Counted from the first letter of the stretch, positions 1 to 14,893 are shown. The stretch is 64,000 nt of DNA from Eledone cirrhosa (GCA_964016885.1 OZ024744.1:36828001-36892000); one strand, 5' to 3'. Numbers and translations: made by a program. The notes: generated by a model not told the origin, from the letters alone.

Positions 1-75
1 TTCAGTCCTGCTAGAATATAGTACTCACTTTAAACTAATTCAAAGTTCATTTGAAAAGTTTCGCTAACAAACACA

Positions 76-1167
76 TGAATCTACGGTCATGCTACCCCAA
101 AAAGACCACGACTTAATCGCCAAACTAAAGCAGCTTCTGCTGCCAAACGAAGAAGAGCTACAGAGTTGTCCGTAGAAAAATTGACTCGGTTGTCACAAAA
201 TGCAACTCGAAATGCAATTACTCGGGCAACCGAGAATGAAAAAAAGAGGAGCATCCGCCTTTCCGGAAATGCATTTGTAACTGCAGGTGCACATGCAGCG
301 CAAACTGATGAACAACATTTTCGACGACGAAGCAAAAGTGCGGCCTCCACTGCTGCGGCACATGACGGTGAGGACGAAGAACACCGTTACAGTCGACGAC
401 GAAGAGATGCCGCCTCAACTGCTGCGTCACGTGCTGCTGAAGACGAAGGGCAGCGTTCCAGACGCCAACGTACGGACGCCGCCTCAACACCTTCCGTTCG
501 CACATCAGAGACTGCGCAAATTCAATTACAAAGGCTAAACGCCAACGCACTCCGCAGGAATGTTAAACAAGGTACACAGAGGATCAGTTGCACTCAGTGG
601 TCTCATAAGGCTTTCCACTATGACCCAACAGTAAACTATGTACTGATGCCATAAGTTCAGATTGGATCCATGTCTGTCATTTGCCAATATTTTCGGGCAA
701 AATAATGGCCTGGGGAGACTTCAGGGATGTGCTGCTCTGACGGCAAAGTGAAACTGCCTCCTCTACAGGAACCACCACAACCTTTGAAGTCTCTACTGAC
801 CGGTGCCACAGCGGAGTCGGAACACTTCCTTCGATGTTTCAGGAGATACAACGCTGCCTTCCAAATGACCTCTTTCGGAGCTAACATCAAACGCGAGGAC
901 GGCTTCATGCCTACCTTAAAATTTCAAGGACAAATTTACCACAGAATCGGTTCGCTACTGCCCACGACAGACGGACAGCCCCAGTTCCTACAGCTATACT
1001 TTGTCACTGACTATTTGGACCAAGCGGAACGACGCGCTTCAATTTCGCCTGGCACAGACATGAAACTTCTGTTGCAATTCCAGAGAATGCTGCACGAAAA
1101 CAACAACTACATTCGCAGTTTTAAATGCGCATTGGAGGTTGCTCCGCTGCCAAATTTTGCTGTTTAG
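76..1167 (+). pseudogene. Helitron RepHel N-terminal region (charged repeats, Zn-finger remnant, helitron N domain), disrupted
   Basis: CCSDGKVKLPPLQEPP...YNAAFQMTSFG...FQGQIYHRIGSLLP...FLQLYF is typical of Helitron proteins; stops at 654 and 1167. Confidence 0.85.
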
Positions 1168-2230
1168 ACGATGCAAGCTTATCGTTTGGGACGAATGCAC
1201 GATGGCCCACAGAGGTGCTCTTGAGGCGCTCGATAGAACTCTGAGAGACATCAAAGACTCTACGGCTCCCATGGGAGGCATACCACTTCTTCTTTCAGGG
1301 GACTTCAGGCAAACGCTTCCCGTTATTCCTAAGGGGCCTAGAGCTGATGCAGTACGTGCGTGTCTTAAGTCATCCGCGTTGTGGCCCCTGGCGAAGACTC
1401 TGAAACTTCACACTAACATGCGTGCTCATATGCGAGGTGATATCGCATCAGCAGCATTTTCTCACACCCGCCTTGCACTTGGCAAAGGCAAAACGCCCGG
1501 GGATGAAAAGGGTAATATTGCCATCGACTCACTTTGTACCGTTGTTAGTACGCCTTCTGATCTCAGGGATGCAGTGTTCCCAGATCTCCAAGAAAATTAT
1601 CAGAATATGGATTGGCTTGCACAAAGGGCTGTTAACCATATTAATGATCAAATGCTAAAACTCATTCCTGGGGATGGCTACGTATATAAGTCTATCGATA
1701 GAACTCCTGATCCAGAGGACGTTATCAACTATCCAATAGAGGTACTAAATTCCTTTGAGCACCCCGGATTACCCCCACACATTTTGAAACTTAAAGTTGG
1801 TGCCCCTATAATGCTTATTCGAAATTTGAATCCGCCGAAACGATGCAATGACACACGTTTGGTCGTTAAGTCCTTAGCTCCCAATCTGATTGAGGCCACG
1901 ATAATCACAGGGTGCGGCCGGGGCAAGGTTGTGCTCATACCAATGATGCATCTTTTCCCATCAGGAGCAGACCTACCTTTCACATTTCGGAGGTCCCAGT
2001 TCCCGGTCAGGCCATGCTTCGCAATGTCAATTAACAAAGCGCAGGGACAAGCACTGTCTGTCGCGGGAATACATTTGGGGGAGCCGTGTTTCTTTCATGG
2101 TCAGCTTTACGTTGGCTGCTCGCGTGTCGGCAGCAAGAGTGATGATTTCACGCTCGTTCCGCAAGGAAAAACAAAAAAACATTTTGTACAAGGAGGTTTT
2201 ATAGGATTACCTCGATTCCTAATTTTATAA
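1139..2230 (+). pseudogene. Helitron PIF1-family helicase, C-terminal part (Rep domain and Walker A deleted)
   Basis: LIVWDECTM, LLSGDFRQTLPVI, LKVGAPIMLIRNL, QFPVRPCFAMSINKAQGQ, HGQLYVGCSRV motifs. Confidence 0.92.
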
Positions 2231-3008
2231 CTTTTTTATTTTTTTTTTATTTTTTTATTTTTTGCCTTTTCATGAGTACTTTCTAAGTAGGGTAACATTC
2301 ACTGCAGTGCACTGGACACTCCCCACCATCTGCCGTACAAAGGCTGATTCTCGTGGCGTTACAAAGCTTCATTGCAACTCCGACCCTACTCAAATATCAG
2401 CTGTTGCTCCTCACCAACCCCCGTTTGGTGGGCCTCGGAGGACCGTCGACAGGTTAGTATTTCACCTCCGTACGACTCTCAAAGGGTCAACAATGCTTTA
2501 ATGACGGGATTTACATTTTTAGGCAGTACCTTGCAATTACTTCACACTTCACCAACACCTGACCTCCGCTCAGCTCTATTTCGCTCCCTCCATCGGCACA
2601 GCAACGGGCTCATCTACGTCCGACGTAGATGATACACCAACCATACAATGACCTCTCTACCTCTTTTTTGGTTGTCATAATTCAACAATATTTTCAGGCC
2701 CCTGTTTGCAGTTCCCTCAATCCAGCCACTCCCTCCCCCGTTAAAACATGTCATGCAGAACAACTCATCGCAGCTCTGTTGTTCGGCTGGCATCGTCTAC
2801 GCGTGTATTGCGCAAGTACTGTGAAACAATAAATTTGAACACTTCTTTGCACAGAGATAATATCAATAGGCAAAACTACAATTGTCACTGCTGGCGCAGC
2901 TCCTGCTTCGACAGTGCAGGTTTGCAATTCATTCAACCAGTGCCTGGCAGACAAAAAAGTGGTGCCATAAAATGGGTGGTGCGACCTAATTTTGGTAACT
3001 TACTGACA

Positions 3009-3253
<245 letters not shown>

Positions 3254-3319
3254 ACTATTCATATCAAATTATAAATGCGTGGAAATAATATACCAAAATA
3301 TACCTATTTTTTCTTCAAA

Positions 3320-3409
3320 GTCCCGACTGCAGTTTCGCCAACTGGACTGCAGCAACCATGCAACAGAAAAATGCGCCATCGCTGTGAGACTGAAGGCTTA
3401 TCAAATGAC
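3320..3409 (-). ncRNA. degenerate minimal type I hammerhead ribozyme
   Basis: minus strand: gtcat-TTGATAA-gcc...ggc-GAAA-ctgcag-TC-gggac; palindromic stem III ACTGCAGT and GUC site; core has two transitions from CTGATGA. Confidence 0.55.
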
Positions 3410-4072
3410 CCTTAATTTAGTACTATATTTTAACCAATTCGTTACAAATGAATTATTGTCAGGAGGGAGAATTTATTACGTGATACAGCGGTCGCGGAAA
3501 GGAGGTAAATGTTGGACGTCATATTTGCTAGAAAAACCAGTCAGCACCTGTTTGTTTAACTCACCAATAAGGGAGTTGGGACAAAATAGTAATAAGATAT
3601 ACACACAGATACATAAGTATATGTGTGTGTGTGGTGGCTCGCCTTGATAAGTTTTGCTCAATGACCGGAAGAATTAAAAATAATCATTTAACCACAGCTA
3701 TATATCAAATTATAAATGTATGTATATATGTAAATATATATATGTATGTAGGAAATATAAACCGACTTTCTTCAACACTTAATTTTTAATTCTTGTTTTT
3801 TTTTAAATTTTAATTGTAATATTTAATATTTAATATTTGATAAGATGAATTACATTGAAACCAACTTTATTTTATATATTTTATAAACTTTTTAAATGTT
3901 TTTTTTTCCGTTTGCCAAAAATGACACTTTGAGAGATTAAAGAAGAAATAAAGAAGAAAAAATGACTCTTTAAACATACTACCGTGCTGTTTCCATTCTT
4001 ACTTTTTTCTCTCTCTCTCTTTCTTTCTCTCCCCCTCCCTCTCTCTGTCTCTCTCTATATATATATGCATAT

Positions 4073-5020
4073 AGCTTAGTTCTTAGTTCTTAGTCCAGCT
4101 TATTCTGTTGGGAACATAGGGTCAACCATTGGTCTCCGACGCTCGGTCAGCGGCAGCTCGTTGACATCCGTGATGTTGACGGTGTGTGGATCGGTTTGGA
4201 ATGTCCGCCATCGGGTCGTCTTCGGTCGGCCTCTTTTGCGCTGACTTTGGGGGAAGTCCACTTCATCACTATTTTGGACTGGCGCTATTCAGGGAGGTGC
4301 AGAATGTGACCCGCAAAATGGAACTGACATTCCATGACGATCTTCTGCAGTGTACGGGTCCCCGTTTTCCGCAGGATCTCTTCGTTCCTAACCCGATCTC
4401 GCCAGGGGACATTTAGAATCTTACACAGGCACATTTAATGGAAAGTATTTATACGTCTATACGTCTTGCTAGTAGGTTTCCACGTTTCGCAGGCGAAGAT
4501 GGCCTTGGGAAGCACAATGCTGGTATACAATTGAGTGCACCTATTGGAACACCGTGGTTGTCTTTCTAATCCTGCAGTTGATGTCCAGCTCGATGAAGCC
4601 ACACAGCATGCTGTCAAGGTACTTGTTGATTCACCATAACTCCAGCCGCCTGGGCAGGGTCGCTTCCCACCTTCATAAACTTGGTCTTCTGGGTGTTGAT
4701 TCATAAACCGATCTCACTGTTCAGCTGCAGGGAGGTTATTAGCTCCTGCAGGTTTGTACTGTCCTCAGCTAGCTAGGAAATGTCGTCGGCAAAATCTAGG
4801 TATTTCAGCCTTGAATTCCCTCTCCACAAGAACCCTTCAGCAGCTCTATCGGCAGTCTTTCTAAACAGAAAGTCTTTTCTGACCCCGGAGATTATATCAA
4901 AGAACTCCGTTGTATCAGATTCAGTTTTCATGCAACAGCTTGAGTTGGCATACAGGCCTTTGAAGATAGTGATGAAACTATGACAATCGCCACCGACGAA
5001 TGCGAGAGAGTTCTCCAAGA
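4073..5020 (-). mobile_element. RTE-clade LINE 3' fragment, decayed
   Basis: LKYLDFADDI RT motif, SIVLPKAIFACETW thumb motif, 3' tandem tail (TAAGAAC)n at about 4075-4095. Confidence 0.8.
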
Positions 5021-5092
5021 AAGTTAACCAGGAATCTTTAAAAATCTTCCCACCAAAGTTGACAAAGAACTTACTAGATCTACCAACTCATA

Positions 5093-5190
5093 ATATTATA
5101 AGTGTTTCTACTTTTGGCACAAGGCCAGCAATTACCCAGTACATTACTGGTACTTTATTGTATCGACCCCGTAAGGATGAAAGGCAATAT
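5093..5190 (-). mobile_element. SINE fragment (same family as 53384-53574)
   Basis: reverse complement of gcctttcatccttacggggtcgata...aaagtaccagtaat...gctggccttgtgccaaaagta. Confidence 0.8.
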
Positions 5191-5246
5191 ATAATTAAAT
5201 CAAATCGTTTAGAACTACAAGTGAAGTAATTATTTCCTTTTTTCAA

Positions 5247-5276
<30 letters not shown>

Positions 5277-5277
<1 letters not shown>

Positions 5278-5765
5278 ACCACCATCATCATGGTCCCCTA
5301 ACCCTTTTCGGGGTCGTTTTAGGGCACTGCACTGTTGAACATTCCACCAACTGCTTCCATCACTGACAGTCATGGGTGAGTACTTAGGTTGTGGCAAGGT
5401 TCTTCCCTGTCCACTCAGCTATGCTATCTGTCCACCGTTTTCTCTGTCTGCCTCTCTTTCTCTTCCCTTGCACTGGTCCCTGAAGAATCATCTGTGCGAA
5501 TCTGTCTGATCTTGTTACATGTCCATATGACCTCAGCTTCCTCCTCTTCACCGTAATCAACGGATCTTCAAAGTCGCTCACATGATAGGTGATTCTTTTG
5601 CAGACTTCCTTGTTCGGGATATGCTCTGTGTAGAAGATTCCCGGGATTCTCTTAGAGCATCTCATCTCCACTGCCTGGATCTTTCTTTGCAGTTCAGTTA
5701 GTGTCCATGACTCGCATACGTATAGAAAAATGGACATGAACAACGCACGCAGTAGGTTTGTCTTT
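5277..5765 (-). mobile_element. RTE (BovB-like) LINE 3' fragment
   Basis: SIFLYVCESWTL, IQAVEMRC, KLRSYGHVTR, GKRKRGRQRKRWTDSI; short (GAT)n-like tail. Confidence 0.85.
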
Positions 5766-6012
5766 GCGCGTAATTGTTTGCAACGCTCCACATAATGACG
5801 TATTATCTTCGTTTTTTTTCGGTCATTGCCAGGGAACGTCTCCACGAACCACCTAATAGAATTTTCATTTACTTACAACTTAATGTCCACGACTTCATTT
5901 ATACCATAAACGAGGTTTTGTCTTTGCGTGTAATTGTTTTCACCGCTCCAAATAATGACGTATTATCTTGGTTTTTTTACCGTTCTTTGCCAGGGAACGT
6001 TTTACGAACCAA
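5755..6012. repeat. two diverged copies of a ~100-bp unit, ~160 bp apart
   Basis: gtctttgcg.gtaattgttt...acgctcca.ataatgacgtattatctt...ttgccagggaacgt occurs at about 5760 and 5920. Confidence 0.85.
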
Positions 6013-8449
6013 AGTATCGTCTTCCTGTCTGGCTTCGGTTGCAATGTGTTTTTAAATATTTACTTCTGCGTTCACAGATTGATTTTTTTTAGTTTCAGAA
6101 GATCCCGGTATAGGTGAAAGCAGCGATTCTTTGCTTAAACTTTAATTTGTTATTTTAATAAATATTTGGTCTACGGTTGTTATATATTTGATATATATTT
6201 ATCCTTATCGAGCCCACTTTCGATTTTAGTCTTCAAATTTATTATTATTACTATATATATATATATATATATATATGAGAGTATTGAAGTTTGCTTGAAT
6301 CATTGTGGAATAATAAGTAAATATCTTTAAGTCGTTTGGAAGCCTCGACAATGCAAATGGGTAAATCTACGGGTAACAAGATCCGGTGGTGGAGAGAGAG
6401 AAGTATGTGGGTGTACGTTGAGATGCGTGGTGTGTATGAGATGTGTAGAAGAATGAAGGGAAGAGTATAAAGGATAAAATAAAAATAACAACACGAGAGA
6501 GAGTTACCTTGGGAGAAATTTAATAGTCCCTATATATTTCGGATTCACATCCATCAACTGGGGGTTTTTCCGGGGTGGGGGAAAGGTTGTCTGTCAGACA
6601 GGTGCGAAACGCGTTCTCCGCTGTTTGCTGTTTTGAATATCTGAGGTATTCGGCAGAGCGCGCGTGCGCGTGAAATGGGGTCGGTCGGGCAGAGGTCAGC
6701 GGCCGAATGAGGCAGTGGGGTGGCGCTAGCTGTCAGTCCATTCTCTGCCTGTTTGTTAAATGTTACTGTGTGTGTGTGTGCGTGTGTTGTTGTCTCGCTT
6801 GAGTGTGTGTGTGTATGCGTGTGTTGTTGCCTTGTTCCTCTGTATTGGCAGTGTAGTATGTTCGTATGGTGGAATGCTACTGTGTGTGTGTGCGTGTGTG
6901 TGTGTAGTTGTCTCGTGCGTGTGTGTGTGTAGTTGTCTAATTAAACTATTTTTCACTGGGAAAAATTTGTCAGCATTTTCTTTTCCGTTTACCAATATAT
7001 ATATATATATATTACTACCAATGAAATGCATTTTTATAAAAAAATCGGAAAGACATTCATAATATCCGAAAACTAAATGAGTTTTGAGGAAGAAATTTTG
7101 AAAATTAAAAATATGTACCCTCTATACATTAAGTTGTAAGTAAATGAAAATTGCCTGGGATCATTTTAAACAATTCTTGCAATTCTTGTCTTACTTTAAA
7201 TATAATCGTTAAGTTTTAATTATCAAGAAAATTAGTTTACACACCTGAGATAGAGTTGTTAATTACAGGCCGTACATTTCGACTGATGCATAAAATTTAC
7301 AAATACGGCGTACAAAAGGCCAGCACTACGATTACGCCAAGCAGCAGCCTATACGAAAGTTCTCATACTAAACCTTAAATTAGTGTAATTTTTTACAAAT
7401 TTATATATTTAAATTTAAATTATATCTATTTTCTGCGATCAACAAATAAATCAATAAAACATATTTGGTACGTAGCACCATTGTTAAAATATTCAGAGCG
7501 AATTCTTTAAAAGTTTTGTTGTGTTGCATCCACAGCATGAAATTGAGAACTGAAGATAACTGATAGGGAACATCGCAATAGAAGCACATTCAAATAATTT
7601 CAAACGGCGAATTGGCAGTCATTAAAACGCTAGTATATATTTCAGCTCTCCGATTTCAAATGTCACAGAGGTAAATTTAGCCTATCATTCTTTTCTGAGT
7701 CAATAAATATAATGTAATCGGTAGAAGGGTTACTTTGCGGTACTTCAACTGGCTCTATATATTCCATATTCAAATCCTGATTCTTTTTGACATGTGTCCT
7801 TTAGAGATTACCAGCGATGGAAAGATCGGCCAATGGAAATGTATTTTCTTTGCTCTGATTTTGAGGACCGGCACATTTCCATTTCCTCTCTTGCTACTAT
7901 CAAATCATAAAAATACATGTTTAACTAGCAGCCACTTGGCACTATTGTTAAATATGAGTTTATTACAGTCTATGGCAGGTGCATAATTTAGCTCACATTT
8001 ATAGGCTGTGTCTATCTATAATATTTGTAATCCTAATTCAGGATATATCACTTCAAATTTAGAGGAACAATTTCAAAGGGAACATAGGTTAGATCGAATT
8101 GAGAAAAGGGATTTCAATGTGGGACGTAGTGACTTCAAAGAGAGAATAGCGATTTTATAATGAGCTCATGTCACTTAAATAAATCCTAAACTTGATTAAA
8201 TTAGCCAAGAATACATAACGTATATTGTCAGAGAGAATATGTAGCTGGGAAGACTTTCTCAGTGGAAGAGTACGTTATGATAAAGAAAACAAAACGAAAA
8301 GCACAGTCTTTTTAAATCACAACCGTAATAGATTGTGTTGTACCTGATGCACTTCGTTAAGCCACGCAATGCGCGCGCGCGCGCGTGTGTGTGGCTTAAT
8401 CCTCCAATCAACCGAGACTTTACTCGTAATTCCATGTCCGAAACTCACT

Positions 8450-8618
8450 TTTACACACACAACACACATGTATATACATACATACATACAAAGATACGTT
8501 CATACATACCTACATACATACCTGCCTGCATGCATGCATACATATATACATACATACCTATCTACATGCATACATACATACATACATACATACATGCATG
8601 CATACATACATACATACA

Positions 8619-8652
<34 letters not shown>

Positions 8653-8760
8653 CATACATACATACATACATACATACATACATACATACATTCATGCATA
8701 CATACATTGATACATACATGCATACATACATACATAATACACACACACACACACACATAA
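8450..8760. repeat. (TACA)n/(CA)n microsatellite
   Basis: direct reading. Confidence 0.97.
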
Positions 8761-8964
8761 ATCTCTCTATATATTATAATGATTTTCTGCCCTACTATTG
8801 AGCTCTTACCATTTTCACAGCAAGAGAGTAACTTATATTACCTATACTCTACTTTCTAAGCTGACCACTGGTCTTCCTGATCTTAACTAGTAACTCCCAA
8901 CTAAACCCTTATTCTATACATAAGAGCTATATCTATATCTATATCTATATATAAAAATGTAAGT

Positions 8965-9767
8965 CCAAAGAATCATTAGATAAAATATATATAATATTTC
9001 TTCTCCCAATCAGTATAAATCAACCACACAAAAAATCATTTAAACGAGGCTATAAGTTTAAAATGTACTTATGAAGAAATAATAGACAAATGATATAGCT
9101 TCTTATCTGCGACGTACAGCAAAAGATATTTACCTAATATTTCTATTAGCCTGTAGAAATTGATTAGACATATAGTTAACTACACGTAATTAGGTACAAA
9201 ATTGAAGTTAGAAGAAAAAAAGTACATAAACTTTACCAGAATCTTCATAATCTCTACCAACCGGCGGTTTCGTTCCACTTTTAGGATATATCCAGTCTTG
9301 GATAAATCAACGAGGTTTGGAACTCACTGGACTAAGATTTTTCTACCATAATCCCCGCCAGAAACGAATTCAAAATGGCTAAGAATCATCACGTGGCCAG
9401 TGGTCAAGGTAGAAAGTTTGTGTTTGGTGCCTGTCGGCGAGTAGGCTGGTTGCTAGAAAGCGCAGCCGAATACTGCCTAAAGTTTTACTCAACCTTACGG
9501 TAGTATATATAAATTAGACGAAGTCATAGATATATATATGTTTTTAGCAACCATTCACGGTGGGGCTCAATGAAGAATTAATTAAATAATTAATAATCAC
9601 AGCAATATATAAAAAGTAAATATTTTGTAGCTGTACGTCGCGGATAAGAAGCTATATCATTTATCTATTATTTCTTCATAAGTACATTTTAAACTTATAG
9701 CCTCGTTTAAATGATTTTTTGTGTGGTTGATTTATGCTGATTGGGAGAAGAAATACTGTATATATAT
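8965..9767 (-). mobile_element. Penelope-derived non-autonomous element with ~160-bp inverted ends and a decayed hammerhead (9250-9335)
   Basis: 8975-9133 is inverted at 9614-9765; homologous along its length to 51245-51903; minus strand ccagtga-gttcca...tggaac-GAAA-ccgccggttgg-TA-gaga. Confidence 0.65.
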
Positions 9768-9842
9768 ATGTCAAATTTATATGTATATACCCTTTAAATT
9801 TCTCTATCTATCTATAAATCTATCTATCTATCGATATATATA

Positions 9843-10345
9843 TAAATGGAAAAAATCAAACGAAATTTCATTTCTCACCCTTAATAAGGCTGTTACTAAA
9901 ATATAAGTATGTATACGTACATACATATATGTATACAGACGTACAGTAGTATGTATATATATACATACATGCACACATATATATATGTACGATTGGGTTT
10001 ACCGAACATTTATTATAATGCTTGGTTTGTTTGTAAACAAACAGCCCTAATTAAGCCGTACAGTGTTTAGCAACCGTCGTTGCCCTTTTGTTCAACACTG
10101 ACAAAGGAACGATGTACTAGTTTCAAGCTTATTAGCTATCGTCAGCAAGGTATACCTTCCTGCCAGATGATTGAACGTCTGAAAGTATATACTTCCGTTA
10201 TGCATATTAATGGCTGTGCAGCCTAATTTGCATATCGAGTGAGTTAGTCGGCCGGGCGCACCGAAAACGATAAACGGAAAAAATGAAACAAATTTCATTT
10301 CTCACTCTTAGTACGGCTGTTACTTAAATATACTTATGTATAATT
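9843..10345 (-). mobile_element. short element with ~70-bp direct terminal repeats and an internal hammerhead-like motif
   Basis: aaatttcatttctcac...ggctgttact repeated at about 9865 and 10290. Confidence 0.65.
10111..10150 (-). ncRNA. minimal type I hammerhead-like motif
   Basis: minus strand: tg-CTGACGA-tagct-aata-agctt-GAAA-ctag-TA-ca; palindromic stem III ACTAGT, GUA site; stem I only 2 bp. Confidence 0.6.
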
Positions 10346-10347
10346 TC

Positions 10348-10414
<67 letters not shown>

Positions 10415-10517
10415 TATTAACGGTGCAAATTAAATGCGTCCGTATGCGGTATGCCCATATGAGCACTCAATGCTCAAGGGGAGCAGAGTATCAATACATA
10501 TAATATATAAGGGAACA

Positions 10518-10822
10518 AAGAAACAATGTTGCATCATATACATGTATAACTGCATATTACATATGTTTTACTGTCGATCAGCTCGAGAGAGGATCTATTA
10601 ATGTTCGATCCTGACTCTGGAATAGGAAGATTCTCACATATGTAGACTGTTAGACCTCAATCTGTAGACACTTAGGTGTGTGTCTACGTGTTAACACATA
10701 TCTGAGAACCTTCCAATTCCGGACTCAGGATCGATCATTAATACATTGTTCCTCGAGCTGATCGACAGGGAAACATATGTAATATGTAATTAAATATGTA
10801 TATGATGCAACACTAATTTCTT
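10518..10822. repeat. imperfect ~300-bp palindrome (foldback element)
   Basis: tgttgcatcatatacat...ctgtcgatcagctcgag...gatcctga pairs with tcaggatc...ctcgagctgatcgacag...atgtatatgatgcaaca. Confidence 0.9.
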
Positions 10823-10830
10823 ATATATAT

Positions 10831-10993
10831 ATAGGAAAAGGGTCAGGACCCCGACGGCTAGATGTAACTGTCGAAACGGCCGGAACTCAGCTGTCGGGGT
10901 CTTGATTCTTTTCCTATTACCCACTCTACTACCCTAAGTATCGAGTACTCTGGCGCGTTATGCTCCATCTGGTTCCTTACCAGACTAGCTTCG
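10831..10993 (-). mobile_element. Penelope-associated terminal repeat with hairpin (family also at 25837 and 53995)
   Basis: reverse complement of ggtaaggaacca...agagtactc.atacttagggtagtagagtgggta; ataggaaaag...ccccgac/gtcgggg...cttttcctat hairpin. Confidence 0.7.
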
Positions 10994-11267
<274 letters not shown>

Positions 11268-11377
11268 TTTTGCATTTACATTTATATTCTATATCCATAC
11301 CTGCATTGTTTTGGCTTTACAAATACAAACGTTTATACCTCATTACACAATGCTTCAAGTGAACTATACCTTCCTCC

Positions 11378-11461
<84 letters not shown>

Positions 11462-11621
11462 ACGTGATTGATTCTTTAGAATCTGCCATTTGATCAGAGA
11501 CAGCGAACTTTTTCAGTGCATGGAATTCAGTCCCCGCTAGCTGTTCCATCCACCGAATTATTATTATTTTTATATGAGTCCCCAGTGTCCGCGCATTGCC
11601 TGGAGACTTAGCTGAGAATAG

Positions 11622-11703
11622 ACTCCCTGATGACGTAATGAATTCTCGGTGGTTATATTACGTAACTATCTTTATCCCATTACAGAAACTAATTAGTTGG
11701 AGT
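11622..11703 (+). ncRNA. type I hammerhead ribozyme, copy 1
   Basis: actcc-CTGATGA-c-gtaatg...cattac-a-GAAA-ctaattag-TT-ggagt; 5-bp stem I, palindromic stem III ACTAATTAGT, GUU site after 11698. Confidence 0.8.
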
Positions 11704-12164
11704 GAAAATTTTAGTAAGTAAGTTAATTTTTAATTTTTTTTTAATTTTCTTATTTTACGTCTTTCATATTATTGTTCTGCATCCCCCTGCATTGAACCAC
11801 CTAGGTACTTTGACATAACTTATGTATTTGCTAGCATTAGTGTACATCTGTACGCATATGTTGGTAGATATACTAAATTCTCTATATTTATCTCCAAATT
11901 ATTTATTTGTTGAGCAAACCTGCCAAATCCAATACTAAATCATTGGTGTGGTAGTAGGCTTTTGTCATCTTACCAACCCACTCCTTCCGACTAGCCTCAG
12001 TGTCACGTGATTGATTCTTTAGAATCTACCATTTGACCAGAGACAGCGAACTTTTTCAGTGAATGGAATCCAGTCCCCGCTAGCTGTTCCATCCACCGAA
12101 TTATTATTATTTTTATATGAGTCCCCAGTGTCCGCGCATTGCCTGGAGACTTAGCTGAAAATAG

Positions 12165-12246
12165 ACTCCCTGATGACGTAATGAATTCTCGATGGTTATA
12201 TTACGTAACTATCTTTATCCCATTACAGAAACTAATTAGTTGGAGT
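12165..12246 (+). ncRNA. type I hammerhead ribozyme, copy 2
   Basis: same motif 543 nt downstream. Confidence 0.8.
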
Positions 12247-12303
12247 GAACATTTTAGTAAGTAAGTTAATTTTTAATTTTTTTAAATTTTCTTATTTTAC
12301 GTT

Positions 12304-12416
<113 letters not shown>

Positions 12417-12424
12417 CATATATA

Positions 12425-12561
<137 letters not shown>

Positions 12562-12608
12562 TTGTTTTGTGAGTATTTTGATATGAAATCTTGTGTCGAA
12601 ACAAATAT

Positions 12609-13175
12609 AGTTATACTTGGGGAGGATCATTTGTTGTATTAATATTGCCAGAAATAATAACAGAACACACTCACTGTTTGGTTGGTTTGGGCTTCTGTAT
12701 CTTTTATATATCCACAGTTAATTCATTTGATTCTCAATGTTTATCATTGACTTTTCAATGGTCAAAAATACAGATATAAATACATATATATTGTCTAACA
12801 TAGTTCTTTCGTTGCACATCTGTAACATCATCAGTTGTACTATTATTCTGCTCCTGTTGTATTGTATATCTACTTGTAGATATCTATTGTAGATATACAA
12901 TCTATTGTAGAGATAAAATAGAACAGGATGAATATAATAGTACCACTGATGTTGCAGATGGCAACGAAAAAACTTCGTTAGACTATATATGTGTTTATAT
13001 CTATATTATACCTGTATTTTTGACCGTTGGTCAGTCAGTGGAAAGATTGAGGACCGAATGAATTAACTGTGGAGATATAAAAGATACAGCAGCGAAAACC
13101 ATCCAAGCAGTGAGTGTGTTCTGTTATTATTTCTGGCAATATTATTACAACAATATGACCCTCCCCAAGTATAAC
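12609..13175. repeat. imperfect ~570-bp palindrome (foldback element)
   Basis: gttatacttggggagg...aatattgccagaaataataacagaacacactcactg pairs with cagtgagtgtgttctgttattatttctggcaatatt...cctccccaagtataac. Confidence 0.92.
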
Positions 13176-13219
13176 AATATATATATATATATTAGAATTG
13201 GTGCTCTGAAATAGCGATA

Positions 13220-13612
13220 TATATATGAATGTATATACAGTGTATTTTACACTACACTGTATGCTTAATTAAAAGCATTTCGAAGACCCAACGCTATTGT
13301 TTTAGAGTAGTGGCAGTCTCACTTACTTTAAATTTTCAGCAAACAGTGGAGATAAAGTTGACAGGTATAATCAGTTGCTGATTATTACTAGAATTCTATA
13401 AGAATCAAACATTCATGATTTTCAGCAAACAGGTGGAGTACTTCTCTTTGATAAGTACCAATCAGTACGAAACAGAGTTCTGACAGCTTTATCTCCCCTG
13501 TTTGCTGAAATTAAAGTAAGTGAATCTGTCACTACTCTAAAACAATAGCGTTGGGTCTTCGAAATGCTTTTAATTAAGCATACCATGTATTGCAAAATTC
13601 ACTATATATACA

Positions 13613-13620
<8 letters not shown>
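13220..13620. repeat. imperfect ~400-bp palindrome (foldback element)
   Basis: atgcttaattaaaagcatttcgaagacccaacgctattgttttagagtagtg and its reverse complement at about 13530-13582. Confidence 0.92.
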
Positions 13621-13696
<76 letters not shown>

Positions 13697-13924
13697 CACC
13701 GAGGTGAGGTATATGATTTTTAATGCAATGAAATATCTATGATCTTCGGCAAATCACTGATGAGGGACTCATTTTATTACATGTTATCCATGTGCTACCT
13801 GCAGTATTTTTATATATATATATATGAAGTAATTCCATCGGAAAAGTCCAGGAAAAAAGAGTGCTCTATGTATGCAACAGAGCTTAATTATTATTATTAT
13901 GTAATAAACAACATAAGGCAATTA

Positions 13925-13984
13925 TTCCATTTACCAGTGGTTTCTTAAAAGCAAAAGGTTTTGCTTTCAATCCTCAGAATGAAA
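13925..13984 (-). ncRNA. type I hammerhead ribozyme
   Basis: reverse complement of the 17113-17172 motif. Confidence 0.85.
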
Positions 13985-14183
13985 AATCCTGGTTTGTTTA
14001 TTGAATATGGATTCTAAAAACAAAAATGCAATCTATATGAAAGTGAGGCTGGAAAAGGGAGAAGGAAAGGAAAAATAAATTAAAACTACACATGCAAACA
14101 CACACAAAAAAACACAAAAGCATACTTACACCCACATACATATATACACATATATATAAATGCACACATACACATATACATAT

Positions 14184-14233
<50 letters not shown>

Positions 14234-14296
14234 AGCGTACACCTACACACACATACACATATATACACACATATACACATACATATATTCATACAT

Positions 14297-14341
<45 letters not shown>

Positions 14342-14828
14342 TATATACACGCACACATATATATACACACATGTACATATCCATACATATATACATATAC
14401 ATACATATATACATATACACACATATACATACACACACACACACATGTGTGTGTACAAGCATACACATACACACACACATATATATACACACACATACAT
14501 ACATTCACACACACATACAACGTACATACATACACATACATGAATGCACTCCACTACATATTAACACACGCAAATAAATATAAGAAAAAATATATAAATA
14601 TATATTAACAAATTTTTGACAGCGATACATGCCCCAGCTAACAGGACAGACACGCGTGGTAAGTAATACACACATAAGCACATATACATACGTTCGAAAT
14701 AGTAAACACATACACACACTCTCACACATAAATATACATATACAAATACATAAACACGTACATACACATACATACACAAACACGTACACGTATACAATAT
14801 AAACACACACATGTATATGTAATTATAT

Positions 14829-14893
<65 letters not shown>

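Noticed and set aside
6525-6565. Hammerhead on the minus strand (cagttgatggat-gtga-atcc-GAAA-tatata-ggg)
   Set aside because: The core needs two transversions; possibly a decayed PLE motif but not supportable alone.
13750-13870. CTGATGA core with downstream GAAA (also the hairpin at 17752-17800)
   Set aside because: No stem I, stem III or cleavage triplet could be assembled.
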